This document shows, piece after piece, positions 27,201 to 43,424 of a stretch of DNA of 64,000 nucleotides. This DNA is from Balanoglossus misakiensis (lineage: Eukaryota > Animalia > Hemichordata), in the NCBI GenBank assembly GCA_040954595.2, contig CM082579.2:3771227-3835226 (forward strand), written 5' to 3'. Each line of letters begins with the position of its first letter. The stretch's first letter is position 1. A model generated the notes under the pieces. The model searched no databases. It was not told the origin of the DNA and was given only the letters and a program-made list of their open reading frames with translations. A program made the translations under genes and the position numbers.

Positions 27201-27946
27201 GCATTTTTAACAAGAAAAATTACCTTGCTCCGATTCGACACCATATAAAATGTCAAATGCATAAATCCTACTATATGACCCAATCTAAGAAGAATTTGAA
27301 CGCAATCAATTACTTGTCCACTTTTCTACGCTCGGAGTTTGGATTTCAGCTGAAAAAAACACACAACGCCCTTTCGGGTTAATATCGTTATGGTGAACTT
27401 GACCCGTTGTCTTTACATATCTGGGTATTAAAACAGCAATTAACGCCGAAGGTGAGGCGAAGATTGATAGCCGAATGGGATGTCAAAACCACACTTGCTT
27501 CGCAAATTACCGTAAATCACGCCGTTTGTTTGCCTTTTATGACTTGTAAAATCGTGGATATTTTCATGAAATCCGCGCCCTTTTTAACGGGACTGGGGCG
27601 CGGGAAATTATGGCTGCCTTTTCACCCAGAGCTACAACTAATATCCCCGGCTGAAGAGAATGATTAGTTATAAAAGGGTGACAATGTAATCATGATGTGG
27701 ATTTGAACGGTGTGAAGAAATCGCTCAAACGAATGTAATCGACTATACAACGGGTTGACGTGGCCCTAGAGGCAAACGTGAAAAATTGAAACGCGCCGGG
27801 AGTTGTTGGGAAGAATTTCGAACTCTTTGTGTCAGTTGGCGGGAAGAAAACACTATATTTAAAATTTGGTGGCGTGAAAAGTATAGATCGGTGATGCAAT
27901 TACATGTTGTTATGTAAATCTTCTCGTCTGAAATCTCCTTTTCCTG

Positions 27947-28172
<226 letters not shown>

Positions 28173-31100
28173 CAGTATTGACAGACTCGACCATCATTGT
28201 AGACACATCTAATATGGAACACAACCTTGAGACAAACGGGTACTCAGAGTGATGGAATTTAATATTTTGTCCCCAAAGATTAACGGCTTTGAACCATTCA
28301 ACAGGAAGTCCAAAGGCCAATGACACAGGGACATATTAAGGTCAAATAATTTGAGTTTCTCAAAATATTTATTGTAATAAACAAAAATATGTGCATGAGT
28401 ACCATGGGGTCCCAGATGTTCAAGAGAAGAATCGAATGACTCTGTCTTTCTTTAAATAAACACGGGAACAATTATTACTCCTGCATGTTTTGCAGTTCTG
28501 TGTCTTACAACCGCATGGCGTCCACGATATCCGCGATGAGAGAAACCATCGCCTCCCTGCGAAGGTGAGCACAGGGTAAACTGTCTCGGAAGACATGCAT
28601 CGAGAAGTACAGATGACCGAGTCATGAAAAAAGTGCATTGCATTGGTGCCGCTGAACACGGAACGCAATCAAACGATCAGTTGGCACACCGCAATCTGAT
28701 ATCAAACTAGCTCCAACATTTCCGTGTAGATTCGTCGAAATCGTGATGATTTGAAAAATCTGCAAAACCGGCGCAGTTCAGGGGTCGAGGCGGCACTTTT
28801 CAACATAATTGGCTTTTCACTTGGTGGAAATAATTGAAATGGCACTAGCGTACCTTAATAACGAACGTGTGGATATATTGTAGAAGTCATAAGACTTCAT
28901 GGCCCCGGGCGTCTTCAATCAATTTTGCTGACATTGTTAGTGTAATATTATCTCATGTATCATTACCGTATTGGACACCGCGCAGCAGTTTAATATTCTT
29001 ACATTAACAGACTTCTTTTCACATCTACGACTTCCCCTGAACTGAAATTCCCGCACAATATTCCGGCTCTCCGGAGACACTCGCCACGCCGTTTCATGTG
29101 ATAAGCGCGCCCGAGCCCGCTCGGGATTTTTTTTGGAAAATGCAGACGTCATGTCGATTGTTCATAATGGGCCAAAAAAAGAGTGTGGTTTGATTTGGGG
29201 AAGGGTGCCTCGACCGCGTGGTTGAATTTTGGTAAACGATGGCGGGTATCATTGATTTGAGTGTTGACGAATATCATTTCGGGAATACCTCATGCATTTT
29301 CTTCTCCTTATTTACGCAAGTAACATCAACAAGCCAGGATTTACCCCCCCCCCCCCCCCCCGAAATTACTAAAGTCATCACAGGGAAGAGAATGCTTATT
29401 TCCTTGGCGTGGTTCAATTTGCTTCAATTATCATACCTTTATCAAGTATCAAATGTGATACGGCTCGGGCGTTAACATCGAATCAGATAGCTACCCTAGA
29501 CGGGTCACGTCGATGCAGCTGTAATAGTTGATATTAAACTGGAAAATATTATAGCCCTGAGTAAACCATTCCCTTGGCGTCGTAAATGATTGCTATTGGA
29601 CCACATAGACAAGAAGACGGACGGATCTCAGCGTGACAACCGATCAACGTGATGCTTGTGCGTGTACCGTGAACAAGTCAAAGTTGGCGCGGAACGCTGT
29701 TTGAAGAATCGTCTAAAAAACGCGTTAATCGGACGTGGCTTTTATTGCGTGCATAGCAGATGTTGCCAGTTTGATAACATTTCTGATTTCTTGCTCAATT
29801 CATCAAATGCAATATTTTTGTTCCACTTTCTGCAAGCACGACATCATCATCATCACCATCGCACCAGCTTCTGTTGCTATGTCAGCGAAATCGTTCCCTC
29901 AAACAACGGTTTAAGTTAGAAAACAAGCCAATTTTACGCTGACACACACAGAGCATATCCTAATTTGGCGTCACAAAGTTTGCTAGCACCTGAGTTGTGA
30001 AATGAATACAAAAATTCCTTTAATTAGTCTTTTTTAAACAAAATAGTACCCTGTCTGTGCTGATTCGACGGCGAGAAAACACACAGTGTTGTCACAGAAA
30101 CCTCACGCCACAGGTCCCAAAACGATAAGTCACTGAAAAAAATGACAAATTTGCCTTTGATTACCAATGCACATATTCAAACACAGGAGTATATAAATGA
30201 CAACTTCGTTCACCCGCACTGCAAATGTTGACAGATACATTTGATGAAATGCACACCGCGGTGGGTACGGGCTGATGGGCTTGTCAGAGAGCATAATAAA
30301 CCCGTGTTAACAGAAACTAAATCCAATTACAGAACAGAACACACACAACAAATATATCACAGTCCAGGATATTAAAATGAAAAGAAAATTGCCACCGTGC
30401 ATAAAAAGGAGATCTCGTATCATTAGCACTATTCCAGGCTCATAATTTTACATTTCCAGGATTATTAAATTCGGGTCCCCACAGGTTTTATTGTCCTGGC
30501 GTGTTCGATTGGAACTTTTATAATTTATTTTTCCTTTCCAATTGTCAGTATTTCATCATACACTGTGCTGGATAGAAATTGGTTCGATATATATTGTCGT
30601 AAAAAGGGGTAATTCAGTGGCGAGGTTATTTTCAATATAACGCGTTTCTTTTCTCTTTTTTTTGTTTTGTTTTGTCTTGCAATCTTGTCGATACCTTCGC
30701 GCCCATCAGTTGTGGGCGCTCCAACTTATATATTTGGGACTCACTATCAACTAGTGCTGAATGCCACGTAACATTTCTTGTCCAGTGTACGTACAAACTA
30801 CAAGCAATCCGACACGAGCGCTGATCTGCAGTACGGGGAAAACATAGGCAATTTGATTAGGGCCAACATGGCTCTTTGCAATGATGGTTGTCATAGGCAG
30901 TTCAACTCGTTCTTTACTTGTCAGCCGAGGCCTGTATTCACAATGCTGTTGTAACAGCACGAGCCAGACTTAAGACCAGGTGATGTCTTTTGTTTCATTC
31001 ACAGGTATCCGAATCCTGGCAGAATAGGCTTTGGACGTCTGCAAGCACCGGGATTAAAGATCATATACACGGGTGAACACTCTAGGCAGTTCGTCAGTAG

Positions 31101-31254
31101 ATACCTGCGAAAGGTCTAAAATATTCATGCCACGACGTGAGTGAGAGGGGTGGTCGGCAGAAGACGGAAAACAAGATGCTGCGAAGAGTCTAACTACTGA
31201 AAGTTACATTAACATAGACATGTTCAACGCATGTCCGAGTAGTGGTTTTGGCCA

Positions 31255-31330
31255 AGAAACAAAATGGCCGCCAGCGACCATTTTGGATTTCGTCGCAAAA
31301 CAAATCTAAGGGTTTGAATAAGTCATACCT
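31255..31330. mobile_element. Fragment of a HINE-like interspersed repeat core
   Basis: AAAATGGCCGCC-AGCGACCATTTTGGATT inverted core motif characteristic of these repeats. Confidence 0.35.
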
Positions 31331-32851
31331 TTACCTTGTAATGTTACAAGGTGTCGGCTTTTCAGAACAAACAATTAAAGTATCTTCATTTTTTTCAGGT
31401 TTTCAATTTTTGATGATTTAGCAACCCTTAAGATTAAAGGGCTTGAAAAAAATAACAATATAATTTATCGTGTATGGTCAAATCCGTACATTAACCAAGA
31501 GCACATGCCTCACATGTGAAAATGGATGGGGAGTTAAGATATCGTTGCTCGTTCGGATTTTTGAATGTATAATCAAAACAAGATTTGTCTCCAGGCAGAG
31601 GAGTCTGAGAATGTGTCTGATTCGGGTGTCTGGCGGATTCTGTGAAAACCCATGCGCACCGACTTTTGACAGCGATATCCCAGCAACTTCAGCGCCTATT
31701 TCGCAGAAGTTTTACGCTGTCGTTTCTTCCCTGCTGACGTCACAATCCCCTCGCTGCCCGGAGTCAGTTTTTTTTTTTCACCCGTCACCCGAGACGGTGT
31801 ACTGCCAGTCGATCGACCGAGCCGCACTCCTCGGAGATGACTGGCTGACCCCGGAGGTAATGAAATTTCCTAATTTTTCCGCCTGTTGACATTGCTCTCC
31901 CGTTCCGAGCAGCGGCCACGCACGATTCGTGACAATTCCACCGAAACCCGCACAAACTCCATTAACGCGCCACTTTTCGAGTCAATTAACAAATTAGTTG
32001 AAATTACCGAGCAGGCGAAGACAAGAGATTACATGGACTCCGTTTGGGGGATCTTTGCTCGCTCGCGTCGCGCCGGTCTCCCAAAGCCGTAATAGCTCGC
32101 TGGGGCTCATGGAATACATATTAGGACAAGGATATTAAGTTACCAGATTAATCACATTTGTGTTGTGTATTTTGTGGATTGTATATGGTCTTTATTTTAT
32201 GCAAACTGATATCTTACCAGGGATTTGCCTGATCAGATCCGTGAAATCTTTTCCTGACCTTTTAAAGATTGTGATTTGGATTCGATATGACCGGAGTACG
32301 GATCGTGTTTCTGTAATTTGCCACCTTCTTAATGTTGGCTTTCACTAGGAAATATTCGAATAAGTCGTCTTCATCTGACTCGGTGACAATTCCAAGACTT
32401 CTATTCCTTCAGTCCATAAAAGAAGATTAAAGGAATAAATACGAGGACGCCAGGGACTGACAAACTTCCCCCAGATAATCTGTTTTCTCTCTCTGATCCC
32501 AGAGTCTGTATCGCATTTCGCCGCAAATCTTTTAATTTCCACATGGTCTGTTATCATTCTATCCTGCGCCAATGAACGTTTTTTCCCTTCTCCGTGTTTT
32601 AATGAGCGGTTACCGTCCATCCCATTACGCCGTGCAGATTGTCGAATATTCACTCGTAACGCAGTAAAATGTAGCTTGTTACATTATCTGCTTTTAAGGG
32701 AAATAGCGAAAAAAATATCAATGTCTATTTGCCTGGGTGTACGTGTGTCATCGCCTGCGTGGTTATCCGAGAGCTCGCTATCAGACATCAAAATCAATAG
32801 ATCCTATCAATCGACAAATCAAATGACAAGTGACAGATAGCTGGACCACGT

Positions 32852-33086
<235 letters not shown>

Positions 33087-36000
33087 CAGCCATCGTTTTA
33101 ACGGACGAAATAACAAACTACACGATCAATTATCAGCTCGTAGCCAACGAATTAACTTGTAATGTATAGCTGATTCATAACGCCTTCGGTCGAAACTTCT
33201 CTCGCTGGGTGTACAGAGACAGCCATAAACGTTCTTGTAAAGTGGGTTTTAAACATCGTCGCAAAAAAAGCGCTCGTATAGCCGAGACGTGCAAATGAAA
33301 TAAACGTACCTACGAGGCTCTCCTACAGATTCGCTGACATTTAACGCCTCGGAGGGCATCATCGTCGTACAATATTTCACAACTCTCGATGATTATGAAA
33401 TCATAAAAAAGGTAATGGGGGAATAAAAAAGAAATCATTTAAAGTTAGGAAGGAACATGAGTATATATATTGACTCCGAGCATAAACCGACTTTTACCTC
33501 ATAACATCAAAAACAGGCTGTAAAATAAACCGGTCGAAATTGCCCCTCTGTTTTATGGAATGTATATGATGTGGAGAACTATCGGCGTGATTTTTTATCG
33601 TGCGATATGAGCAAATACTTCCCTGCAGTGAAAGTTAATTTAAATATTAGAAGTTAAGTTTCCCAGCACAGTCTGGCTGTTAATAATTGGTCGTTTAATG
33701 TTCGCTGTTGTGTGCGACCGCGAAATAAAAACGGTCTGGTGTCTTTCCTTTTGGCGTACGTGGACAATAAATGATTTGATTTTAATAGAACGTGAGAGGT
33801 AACACGGCGTTTTTCTCACCCACAAGTTTTAGCCGATCTTGTGCTCTATTTTCCAATTTGTGTGATTCTGGTTTCTATCACAAACTCTCTGCAACGATAA
33901 CAATTAGTCATTTCTGTAATTTATTCATTCGTTTACAAAGTTCAAGTTTAAACATGTGCCTCCACTGATTCGTCATCTCTTTACTTGTGTCTCTATGTTT
34001 TTCGCGAATATATGTTTCTCTTCACGCGAGACGACTGGCGTCTCGCAACAACCAACTGCACATGTCTGTGCGTCGTCCAAGGGCAAATGTTTGAACCACA
34101 ACCGCTTGCCGCGCAGTAACTACTGTTCTTGATTTCGTCGCAGAGCCAGCATTATGCGGGTCCGCTGAGCCTTTTGACGATTGAATTTCTGGGTAAAAGC
34201 TATCAAGGCGTGAAATTTTGGCGATTTACTGGCTTTAGTCAAAAGAACCGAAAGACAGACAGAATAATCGTTTTGTATTACCAGTGCGATCAAAGAATAG
34301 CCTTAATCGGTCGTGTACAAATTCGGTGTGCAAATGACTCCAAGCGACACAATATTAATCTGCAAATTGTCCATTGAATATATTTAATGGCAAAAATTGA
34401 TTATCGTAAAGTTTTCAGTGATTTCTTTGATGAACAAGCCGAGGATTTTACACAACCGCGCATAAATGCCATAATGAACAAATATTAGCCCGGATTTGAA
34501 ATGTTTGTGAGCACAATGTCTTGTAAATAGGACGCCTGGCATTGTCACAACGCCGCAGACGGTGGCGGTCTGTATCGACGAATCCTCGGCAATTTTTAAC
34601 AGTCAGCTGAGTATTTACGGAAAATGACAGATCTCACATGGTCTCGTGGAGTTCGGAAAATGGTCTATTCACGCCGTCAAATATAGTGCACGTTTCGCCT
34701 CTGTAGTACGGGAGAGATCGATGTACCCTTGCACTTGACCCTTTCATTCATTGGAACTGTCCAATAATTTGACAGAAACGTAGTGGTTAGCGTGTTCTCT
34801 GAACTCTCTGCGGATTAGCGCAAAGCACATTGAAGACCTGGTAATAACCTTCTTAATGTTCAGTAAAATAAAGTCTCGTTGGGTCTTTAACGCAGTCGCC
34901 GATGTTGCCCCGGGGAAAGTATACATGTTCAGGCTTCGCTGATGATCTGGGCGATAGACGCAGCCCCAACTTCCTAAAGATGTTTGTAACACTGCCTGCG
35001 TACTCGTTTCAGGTGTCGTGTTATTCAAAGAAAGTTGATGATGCAATTAGGATAAAAAAGGTACAACTTTAGAATCCAGGCGATATATTCCAGGTGAGGA
35101 TTTGATCGTTTGTGGACCTTTTGCGTTTAATTCAGAATAAAGTCAAGCTGTTTTTATGACACATAAAATGTTATTTCTTTACTGAATGAACACGAAATTG
35201 GACAGATTGGGCAAATACACAGCAGTCTTTGGAGCGTCAATATCTTTTTTTGGGGGGGGGGCTCTCTTTCCGAATGCTCTGAGACAGAGTGTTCGCCCTC
35301 CCATATTATTGTGAACCCCCCCCCCCCCCCCCCATTTGGGTAAAACTTTAAAATGACAAAGCGTGACACCAGAATTTCTAACAATTGATCAGCTAGCCTG
35401 CCATTATCAACCATTACCCACCCTCATTAGCTGCAGTAGTAGTTCCATCTGATGAATTTATTTTTAAACAAAATTGCTTCAATTGCCACTTAACAGCAAC
35501 GGGCGAAATATACCGTCATTATCTGTGACTAGCGGGATTATTTCACCGGTCTGTGCGTGACATTTTGAAGTGGGACAGTCAAATCCAAGGTCGCAGCAGA
35601 GTGACATACGCAAGGAGTGACATATGTTAACATGTTAACACTCTTAGTTCGATTAAGATGACGTTGTAAAGATCGCCAGGAAGGGATATACTGGATTTTC
35701 AGGAATATAAACACGCGTGCAGACTACATACATCACTGGGAATGAATTTAGTGTACTTCTTAGGGAACATATTGAAGAAAACGGACAGGGCATTTCTGAC
35801 TTTTTTTTTTTACAAATTAATTAATTTCGTTTCTTTGACATCAAGAGAAATAGCGAGTGACGTTGATGGAAACAATCTGAACTGTCTGAAGTCATGACTG
35901 GAGGGGTTTAGGCATAAAAGTCAAATGTTCATCCCGCCGATGTAAACGTAAACCACTTCAGCGCATGTTGAAAAGTGGCTCGCAATCTGCCTTCCCATCT

Positions 36001-39000
36001 ACTAAAGCAATTCCATTCAGAAATGATAGTTATCTGATAGTATGTACATTTCACTGATTATCTCTCCATGCACCTTACTTCTAATTGTCTTAGTAAGCTC
36101 TAATCAGATTTCCTCTTGTCTCAGACGTTGCCAGGCAACCAATTAAGCGACGAGGATGTGTACGGTTACAAAAGGATGCGTTTCTCTTCGGTGAACCGAC
36201 GCAGTATTCTGACACTCGCAAAAGACCGCGTGCACAAAGAACTTCGTTAGTTCGTTTGCAGTTTCTTCCTATTCTCTCTCTGTCGTACAACCCTTCTATC
36301 CCTTGAATTTAGATGTTAGGACCCCAAAGTGTGGCTATCAACGCGTTTCACATTTCGCTTAATTTAAGCGGACTATTTCATTCGTAATATTTGGGCGTAT
36401 TGGAAAGGACGGTTCTCATACGATAGAGTAAAGATCCTTCCGCCATGAAATCTGGCTGCACAAATAATAACGAGTACAATTTTGCGCGTACGCCAAGTGC
36501 ATGAGAGGTTTGACAGTTAAAGCTTCCCGTTATCAACTGAAGTCTTCTAACTTTTACATTCTAGCTAGGCATAAGTAAGCTTCTTGTGATGACATGGGAA
36601 AATAGACATATATCTGTCAGCGACATGTAGCCGATGAAATAAAGCTACCTCTTACTATTCAAAACTTGTGAGTCGTCTGAGAGATTAGGACGGTATCCAG
36701 TGAAAGTTGAGTAGCATACATCTTGCCAAAGATTCATTTCGAGCTTCCGAGAAAAATATCCATCAAAGAAAATGGTGGTGGAAAGTTTCACAATCAGGGG
36801 TACTATAGTCAATCCCACATCATAGAATGCGCAGACGGGATCGGGGCCTGGGAACTGATGAGGTTTTTAAGGTGCGTCTTGTATGACATACATTAATCCC
36901 CGATCTTCGGTTGATCCTCCAAACGCGTAATCCAATCTTATCAATCAGTAGACTTGCTTGTAAATGTCCGTTCACCTTACAAAAGGTCTTTCATCGACGC
37001 CACTTCGAGGGTATTGGACTCCCTTGCCTGGACCAGTAGTTTGGACCGGGATATTTTGTGATAAGCTGAGAATTATTGTTTTACCAAGGAAAGTCACGTG
37101 ATAGAAAGTTGTGGTCGGGTGAGACATTAGGAAAGTAGTTAGTGTGGTTTCAATAAGTTCTGGCGTAATGTTCTCACAAACTCAAATAACACAGCGCGAC
37201 TAAACTCTCAAGGGTCCTGTGATCATGTGCAGCTACAATTAAGACGTCATTTGGACAAAGCAGAGGAGGGGGATTTTACCTGAGCGAAAGCAAGCCTCCG
37301 CGAGCGCAAATGTATACGGTAAAGACCGGGGACAAATCACTTAACGGGGTCAAAGGTCGAGCCGAGAATTGAAATTGTTGATTGGGGGACGATTGTGATC
37401 TGAGATGTAAGGGGCAGATAAAATCATGCGAATCGCGGTCTTTCTCTTATTCGATCGTTAAGCTGGTGGATGGCTGCGTTCGTTTTGTGGTCACAAGTAG
37501 AAAATAATTATACACATAACTGCAAGGATCGCATTTGAGAGCTTAAAAGACCATCCATCGTCAATTTTGATGTTTGTTTAACTTTCACTGTTCATCTGCC
37601 CGGGTTCCAGCGCGGACGTTGCGTCGATTTCGACCAGTTCTGTCAACACTATTACAATTCATTTGTAAATAATGAGCGGAGGAAACCAAACTGGCCATAA
37701 ACTGCTTTGGTGTTGCTGGTGATAACAGCAGCAGATCTCCTCAACGGCCTACTTATCTCCGAGACAATCTTAAAAGCCAAAAATGACTAGTCATACATAA
37801 AACCAGATACCAGATTAGACAAATATCTCCAGAAGTAAATTGTTACCATGGCTTTTTTATGGCCAAAGAACGATTCTCTAATGCGAGTCTAATTCTCCGT
37901 GGAGTTCTGGTGGGGATCCGTGCCCGGTAGAGAATTCTTGATGGAAGGGGGTCTGCGCATGGTGCCCGGCGCACCCGCACCTAAGGAGTCCTACGGTCAT
38001 GACAAGAAATCACCTGCGGAAAACTTTATCTGGAAACTTTGTTTTATGTCCCAACATTTTCAGAATAACGTGTAAGTCTGATTTCCAAACTTTCGCTTCC
38101 TCCCAACGAGTCACAGACGTTTAATACGCGCGGACGGTTAAACCGAGCAACGTTGTCATATAAATTCTATGCCATCGCCGCAATACTAATATGGCAACAT
38201 TCTCGTCTCTTCAATAATCCCTGAGCTGTAATTAATAACTATCACAGTAATCAATTCTATAATGCGAAATAAATCATGGCATCTCAAACCCTCTCGAAAG
38301 TGTGAAAATTACACCGGTAAATTACAACGAGTAAATTCGCAAAATTAATCTTTGCGTCGTTTGACCCGCAGGTAAGGCATTGGTGGCGATGTCCGCGTTG
38401 AAGAAAACGATTATTCGTTAATGGTGAAATAAAGTACAATGTAATCGTGTAATGTATCCTGAACAGTGTGAAGAAATCCATCATATGACGGTGCAATCTA
38501 CAAAATGGGGGGTTTGTACCGGCGGGCAGGGTATATAAATCGGCCTACATTGGGCCACCGGGCAAATCGAACTTCTCATACCGGCTCTCCGAAAATTGAA
38601 CGTGGATAAAGACGTTGGTGAACTTTACCTGCGCACCTGGCCGCGGGCTACAGGTGGTCGTTTACTCTAAACGTTGCATATCTGTTTGTTTGATTTTCCC
38701 TCCCAATCCGCCCATTTTTACATACACGTGTTTTCTCACTGCGCCGCAGCTGCCGCATTCTGTACTGAGCAACCCGTCTTACGTACGGTCACCATGAGTT
38801 GACAACGTCAAGTGTATACGGTCATTATTTTTAGCTGTCCACTAGTGTCTCATTTCGATGTGCTTTCTCTCTGATCTCTTCTGTACATATGTACAGAGAG
38901 GTCCAAGAAGCCTGCAGACAAAAGTTCTGCCTGTTTCCAAAAGACGCTGTGCGGCGCGTGCGTCCACGAGACATTTGGTCCTGCGTGACATTAGAAGTAT

Positions 39001-42000
39001 TCCCGTCCATGCATAAACATATCTGTGATTTAACACAATATGCCACGGTCGGACGCATTTTATTCGGACCAAAACAATGATGACTTCTAACCACACCGTG
39101 CGAGACAAATATGTCTAACACGAGGAAACACACACACTCGAAGAACACAAGTGCGTGATTTGGCACCATATAGGCCTACACGTGTCTGTGAACTCTCCGC
39201 CGCGGAGGTGAGCAAGAAAACCCGCTCACCGTGTAATGAACTACTTGACCAAAATGAACCGATCACTTGTCAGCTCAGTCAACCACTAGGGCGCATTATA
39301 ACATCTCATTACCCCGACGAGACATTCCGACGTTTGTCGACACGCCAACATCCATAGTTTGTGCAACCAGCAACCTGACTGGTTAACATGGGGATTTTTG
39401 GGCATGGTGCGCCCCTGGAACTTCTTGTCAAAAAAGTATTGTTTCTGCACTTTTTTCAGTGACCTGGTAAAACAAGGCGACCACGCCAACACCTGAACTG
39501 CGAGACATGATGTCTTTTAGTCTTGGTGTGTTTTCTTTTCCGGTTCTAGCGACGGCAGCATTGGTCACGGAGCGAATCATTTCCGCGCCGAACGAAGAGA
39601 CATTTAGTTGCCAGAGCTGGCATGAAGCAGAAACAGTGGCAAAACTTAGCAATGTTAGCATCAACACACTGAACGCGACGTGCTTATGGGCAGTCTCACT
39701 GAAAGTGGCGATTTCCGTTGGTGCGGGACAGAACGACTGTAATCCTTAAAACCAAAGATATTGTGAAGCTTAGCTGTTGTCAGTTTTTTAAATAAAAAAA
39801 GCAGCGAATTCTTAGATTAAACTAAAACAAAGCACTCTTTTGCCAAAAAATACCCCACATTTCAGAACTCAGCTGTTTCTCGGTAATGATTTACTGTAAT
39901 TTGTGTAACGACGATTTTTGGCTTGTGGTGCAAATACTTAACGTAAGGAGGGGGTATGAATAACCATGCAAACAAATTGACAGCATTAATGTGTTCGTAC
40001 AAATTTGATAGAGACCCCTAAGGGTTAATGTTGCTTATAGGTCTAATATTTGCATTTTTGTGGTAGGTTTCATAATTATAAACGTAGAAGTTCTTTGGGA
40101 GTGCTTAGTTCAAAGGTCGTCGAAAATTGTATTAACCAGTGCTTGCCAACGGAGTTTTTCCCGAGCGATTCGCACACAAGTATTCAAGAATTCAATTTCA
40201 TTATCATTAGATTATTTTGTGATCGATCATCACGCATGTGTGAAGATAACGATTCGTTTCATTCAGACTCAAATCAATAATGTGGAAGAAATTAGATAAT
40301 CCCGGGAAAAATGTAGTTTTGTGTTATCTCTCTGGGTAATAAAATCTTAGTACCAAACGTGTATATCGGCAAAGGACTTACCAAGGCATAAAACAAACAA
40401 ACAAACAAATATATTTATGCATTGCAGCATACATTGATTACCTAATTTTGTCATTCATTCCTTTATTCATCGTCCGTCTCTCCCTCTCTCCACTGATCTC
40501 ATACGTGAACCAACTGCGCGTACACCAAACAATTAGGGCCTAACCCGCGACCCCAGAGGAGGGAGGGGTGCAATAATAAGTCTTCTAATAACAAAGAAGA
40601 CATTGGCAAATAAAACGTCGCCATCATTGCGGCACGTGTAAGTGGACGAGGAGACAACATCAAATAACTTTCAGCGTATATTTTTTATGAAGCCCTATAA
40701 CATTTAATCACTGCTCGTTTTGTGGAAACGTCCAACTGACTTTTTTCTTTTGACAAATCACATTCACAATCGCGTACTGCGTTTCTCGTCCCCCGCGGTC
40801 GAAGAACTAAATGCCATTGCCGTGGGCCAATGAGCCACAAGCAACAATCACCTCGAAAAGACAACAACAACAACAAAACGCACTACCTTTTGATGTTTCA
40901 TGTGCCCGAGGGCGCTGGTGCTTTGCAGAAATCTGACCAAAATCATATTTCTACCTTAGATATAACATGTAATTTTCAGCGGTCATAGTTGTCATCAAAC
41001 GAGATTCCGACTTAAATCAAAACATGCGCCGGGAAATGAAAGCACGACAAGTCTGTCTTTAACACTAAACATCAGGAAAATCGTCCTGTTGATCACGTCG
41101 TTGCAAAATCACGTCTGAATCTTCTATTTGTGCCGTCCCGACCGACCGTGGCTAGCCAAAAAAAAAAAAATAAGGTGAACGACATTTTCTCAGACTGACG
41201 CGCGTCTCAGTCAAAGACTGAAAAACGCAGGAAAGTCGTGACCTTGCCGTGACGAAAGCAGAACCTTACCGCACGATATTTTCTAAAGTCGGTGGAATAA
41301 AACGATTTTGGAAATTAAAATCGCACTGCTGCGCTAAAGTAATATAATGATACACGAGATAATACTACACTAACATTGTCAGCAAAAATGATTAAAGATG
41401 CCCCGGGCTATGAATACTTATGACTTATATGATCCAGACACTCGTATGTTCAATTAAACTACAATATCGACGTGTGTTGAGTCCACAATAAGAGCTGAAA
41501 TTGAATGAATACAGACTTATCAATAATATCAAATGCTTAAAAGGAGAACTTTTAGCGATTCCCTTACGATTTCTATCAAGCGTTTGCTGCGATGAGTTCA
41601 ATCCGACGACGGGAATTTATCGGATTTCGCGATCACATATCGGTTGCCGGGTTATAGCGAACCGCCAGATGGCGCTATTCTGGTGTCGCGACGGACACAC
41701 GTGGTCTCGACGATTAAATATTCAGAAATATGTGAAAAATATGCGTATTGTGAGCGATCTTGAAGGTAAACTAGGCGAGAAATAAGCAACACGTTGAAGT
41801 GAATTCGTGCGAAATTCAATAAATATGCAATTAAAATGCAGCGGCAAGTCGAGAACATTTACATCAGCGTCTAAATGCAACTGGCCAAAAACGGTCATAT
41901 TTCTCTATTTGTCAAAAAAAGTCTTCGCACGTCCACAGCAGACATATTAGGCATTCATATCAGCAATATGAATATTTATAAATGAAATTCACAAGTTCAA

Positions 42001-43372
42001 TAAATCTTGATGTAGTTTGCTTTGCCCGTCTGTCAGTGGCCTATCTCACCATATTATGATTTATATAAATGATGTACTTTCAAGTCCGTCTGGCCGTAGA
42101 CGTTGCAGAGAGGGGGAAATAAAGAGTCTACAAACGCTACTGGGCTCTGTCATGAGACAGCGAGATAATTGTACAATTAAACGTTGTACAGCATGTATGA
42201 AAGATTCGTGAAATCGTTGACACGCAGGCGTGCGAATCAAAACGCAAACTAATGGGAACACGGGGAGGTGACCACCTTTCACCCGGCGGTCAAAAACAAT
42301 TTAACTTTCGGCACGTTCTCCGGAAAACGCCTTCCTTTCGCCCCGATCCGACCAGATCTTCGATTTTCCTCGGATGCTCCGCGCGATAAACGGCGACCTA
42401 ATGCGATTGTAAGTTGTTACCCGTCACATTTCGCCCCCCTTTTCTCCACACTGCAGTGACCTCACTGGATTCGCTTTACCTCTCAATTGCCAAGAAATCA
42501 CGCTCTTGCGGGGTGGTGCCGTCAACTCGCCTAATAACGTCGGCAAATTAAAAGACGGAATCGCGAAACCGGATACGATATCAAAGTAATCCGATAAAAT
42601 TGAAATTACGTTGATTTCGAGTAATTTTGTACGAATTCACAGATGTTTGTGTTTTCAGACATACTTATTCCGCTCCAATTGAGCGCAATCAGACAATTAG
42701 GAATGCGTGTAACTGAATACTGGCCAAACTGTGCGTGTACCACAGACCCGTTTCCACTGTTTGCAGTAGCCGTATCTCAAACCAATTTCTTACTCAAATA
42801 AAATCAATTACTTTATATACCATTGCCGATCCAGAACTGGGCAAACAATCCCAAAGAGTGTGCGTCGACGGCGCGCGGGGATTTCTAGTTTTCTGACGCA
42901 TCGATGAGAATGTTTTCCCCATTTCTGTATCATTAATTTGATTTGGTCAACAAACAAACAAAACGAAAATGTATTATAACGAAATAACGCTGCCTCGGGT
43001 CACGAAATTTATATTATATCTACGGCTCAATACAACCCGTTTGGAATGTTACATCGGAGCCAATTACCGCCGGGAGTCGAATTCATGCCAGCGACTAGGG
43101 TTTTTTTAAACGGGAACAGCACAAATGCCTGTCAGTGAGTACATGGACCGTTGAGGGCCACATACTGTTGCCTGTCAGAAAAACTAGCTGTCCCATAGTT
43201 TGCCAGGGACTACATTGCAAAAGAATACGTCACAAAAGGTTACACAAATAAAAAAGATTTATCTTATTTATGAGATAGAATAGTTTTCAAGCTTTCAATC
43301 CACATGCACCCAGTTTCACCCTCACATGCATAAAGCCTATATTTATATAGGAAGTCTTTGTCAAAATGGCTC

Positions 43373-43424
43373 CATGGCAGCCATATTGGATTATACCACA
43401 TGGCAGCCATATTGGATTATACCA
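43373..43424. repeat. 26-bp perfect tandem duplication in the CCDC138 3' region
   Basis: CATGGCAGCCATATTGGATTATACCA x2; resembles the HINE core motif. Confidence 0.8.
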
